From: an uncultured Lachnospiraceae bacterium
GTDB lineage: Bacteria; Bacillota; Clostridia; Lachnospirales; Lachnospiraceae
Assembly (NCBI GenBank): GCA_910578175.1
Contig: CAJTPF010000017.1
Location: 573 to 64,572 of the forward strand
DNA: 64,000 bases
Direction of reading: 5' to 3'
Position numbers and translations under genes: made by a program. Positions 62,170 to 64,000 of the stretch are shown here, in pieces. The notes beneath the pieces are model-generated. The model was given only the letters and a program-made list of their open reading frames with translations. It made no database searches and had not been told where the DNA came from. Every line of letters begins with the position of its first letter. The stretch's first letter is position 1.

Positions 62170-62595
62170 ATGATTTCAGAAGAATTGAAAGCAATTGTAG
62201 ATAAACTTAAGGAACAAGGAAAGATGAATTTTCTTCCTGAAACTTCAGAAGAAAAGATAACTTCGTTTGAAAAAGAGAATAGTGTTAAACTTCCTGAAAA
62301 GTATAAAGAATGGTTGTTGTTTTCTGATGGAGGAGAGCTTTTTCTTCCAGCCGGCATACAATTATACGGCGTTGAACACAAACCACTTATAAATGTGAAT
62401 GACAATTCAAGACCAAGTGAGGACTGTGTTGTTATTGGTGCATTGGCGTCAGGAGACCCTATTCTCTTTAAAAAGGATAGTGAAAAAATTGCAATCTATA
62501 ATCAGGCGGCAGGAAGAATTGAAGATGATGAAATCTATGATAACTTCGTAGCGTTCTTAAATGACCTGTATGATTTGCTTGGCATAGGAGGTTGA
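62170..62595 (+). CDS. SMI1/KNR4 (SUKH-1) family immunity-type protein
   Basis: The LPEKYKEWLLFSDGGELF motif is typical of SUKH-1 at ~140 aa. Confidence 0.65.
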   Translation: MISEELKAIVDKLKEQGKMNFLPETSEEKITSFEKENSVKLPEKYKEWLLFSDGGELFLPAGIQLYGVEHKPLINVNDNSRPSEDCVVIGALASGDPILFKKDSEKIAIYNQAAGRIEDDEIYDNFVAFLNDLYDLLGIGG

Positions 62596-62599
62596 TTCT

Positions 62600-63472
62600 A
62601 TGTCGAGAAGAACAGCAGAATCCAATAAGGCTATTCTTGCTGCGTGGAATAAAGAACAAGAGCTTGTTCAGGAAGGAAAAGGAACAAGAGAGTGGACTCC
62701 TCAGCAACAGCAGGATATCCTTGAAAAAGGAAAAGCCTATGATGATAACGGGAAAGCTTTTGAAGGTCAGCATATGAAGAGTGCTGAGATGTATCCTGAG
62801 TATCAGGGCGAACCCGGAAATATACAATTCCTTACAAGAGCAGAACATTTAGAGGCTCATGATGGTAATTGGCAAAATCCAACGAACTGGTATTTTAACC
62901 CGGTAACAAAAGAAAAATTTGACTTTGGTGACGGGCCATTCATTCCGTGTGAGATAATTCAACTACCAGAACCTATTATTTCTTTAACGGATGATTCGAC
63001 TATACAGGAAATAGTTATTGAAGAAAAAGAAAATTTTAGTAAGGTTGAGGATGCCTTGAAACAATCTACAGAAACAAGTAGAAAAACATACAGTAAACCT
63101 GAACCACCAAAGACTCATAAAGTACAGATTGAAACTCCTAAAAAAGCAAATAATGCTTTTGTTAAAGGGTTAAAATTAGTCGGAAGATTTATTGTTGAGC
63201 ACCCAGTCGAGTCACTTGAAATAGCTGGATTAGCAATTGGTGGTGTAGCAAAAGCAGTATTTTCCATCAAAGGTAGAGGTTCTGGAAGTACACATAGCAC
63301 ACCATCTACTTCTGCAAATTCATCAGTCGCAGAGAAGGTTGCAGATATAGTAGAAAAAGCAAGCAGGTCTTTACCAAGCGAGAACGATGTAACGGGACAT
63401 AAACAACGCTACCATACGAAAAACGGTGTAGTATGGAAAGATAAAGCTCCATACCACAGAGGTGGCAAATAA
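62600..63472 (+). CDS. Hypothetical protein with an HNH/beta-beta-alpha-Me nuclease-like motif (toxin C-terminal-domain-like), lacking a secretion/delivery domain
   Basis: The H...N...H spacing in GQHMKSAEMYPEYQGEPGNIQFLTRAEHLEAHDGNW fits an HNH-like motif. The gene is translationally coupled to the SUKH gene (4-bp gap). Confidence 0.35.
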   Translation: MSRRTAESNKAILAAWNKEQELVQEGKGTREWTPQQQQDILEKGKAYDDNGKAFEGQHMKSAEMYPEYQGEPGNIQFLTRAEHLEAHDGNWQNPTNWYFNPVTKEKFDFGDGPFIPCEIIQLPEPIISLTDDSTIQEIVIEEKENFSKVEDALKQSTETSRKTYSKPEPPKTHKVQIETPKKANNAFVKGLKLVGRFIVEHPVESLEIAGLAIGGVAKAVFSIKGRGSGSTHSTPSTSANSSVAEKVADIVEKASRSLPSENDVTGHKQRYHTKNGVVWKDKAPYHRGGK

Positions 63473-63636
63473 CCAAAACAACCCTCCCTGCCAGTCAAGG
63501 TCGAGAGGGTTTCGTGCGTCGATAGGTATTATCCTTCAATATCAATTTTTAGTCCGGACTTGAGCTCCACCGTGAAGTGGTCTTTCCAGACGGTAATTTG
63601 CTTGAGCCAGCGTTTAACTGGATTGTCAACACTTTT

Positions 63637-63999
63637 TCAGACAACTTTTTTAAGGTTATTTTCCCTATATTGTATTGGTGTTTGATATCCCAAAGAGGAA
63701 TGTATTCTGTGATGGTTGTACCAGTGTATATAATCCCATAGCTTTAGTTTCAGTTCTTCCAGACTGGCAAATGTTTCATTCCATACAAATTCCGTTTTTA
63801 TGATCTTAAATGTCGCCTCTGCCACTGCATTATCATATGGGCAGCCTTTATGGCTCAGGGAGCGTTCTATATGAAACGTTTCCAGTAGTTCCTCTATTGT
63901 CTGGTTTTTGAATTCATTTCCGCGGTCTGTATGGAACAGACGGATCTCTTCGAGGCTTCCTTCTACGCTTTGAAAGGCTTCTTTTACAAGCTCTGCCAT
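63637..63999 (-). mobile_element. IS3-family transposase (OrfB integrase core, C-terminal part; gene continues past the window end)
   Basis: The DDE integrase core C-terminal region (HTDRGNEFKNQ...YNHHRIHSSLGYQTPIQY) is present. Confidence 0.8.
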
Positions 64000-64000
64000 T

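Overview
The window is a Firmicutes (Clostridia/Lachnospiraceae-like) chromosomal segment from a spore-former, about 45% GC. Most of it is housekeeping. In order: a sensor histidine kinase with an unusual N-terminus, a GerMN lipoprotein, then comEC-holA, divergent rpsT, gpr-spoIIP, a class-V aminotransferase plus an ECF S-component, nrdDG behind an NrdR box, and htpG. Next come two paralogous LytTR-type two-component systems flanking a Cache-domain chemoreceptor. A split purH (purO plus an AICARFT-only purH) follows, then NADP-isocitrate dehydrogenase (icd), a DUF1653-domain protein, carbamate kinase, an ABC-F ATPase, rex, acpS, nnr, alr, an orphan mazF/ndoA toxin, a CNNM/TlyC hemolysin-family protein, yebC and a roughly 1200-aa Big_2 surface protein. 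Zinc-ribbon membrane proteins, NfnAB, a 2-hydroxyacid dehydrogenase, CapA, rlmH and an RlmD-like methyltransferase complete the housekeeping set. Three regions stand out. (1) A minus-strand RNA-repair-like module at 50.2-56.2 kb has a tandem pair of WYL-domain (PafBC-like) regulators, a bidirectional terminator, a 65-nt tRNA-like element lacking an anticodon arm, and a cytosolic SPFH/band-7 protein, RtcB and a RlaP-like Pol-beta nucleotidyltransferase. I consider this the best candidate for an undescribed regulated RNA-repair/conflict system: WYL sensors in place of the RtcR-CARF sensor, plus a possible tRNA-mimic RNA. (2) A 688-bp nested complex of perfect 29-31-bp inverted repeats lies in the divergent intergenic region upstream of purO. 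It holds two hairpin units whose roughly 100-bp cores are reverse complements of each other, which looks like nested palindrome-targeting insertions or an invertible segment. (3) An AT-richer islet at the 3' end carries a SUKH/SMI1 immunity protein, an HNH-like toxin-domain ORF and a truncated IS3 transposase. No CRISPR array, rRNA or complete tRNA was found.
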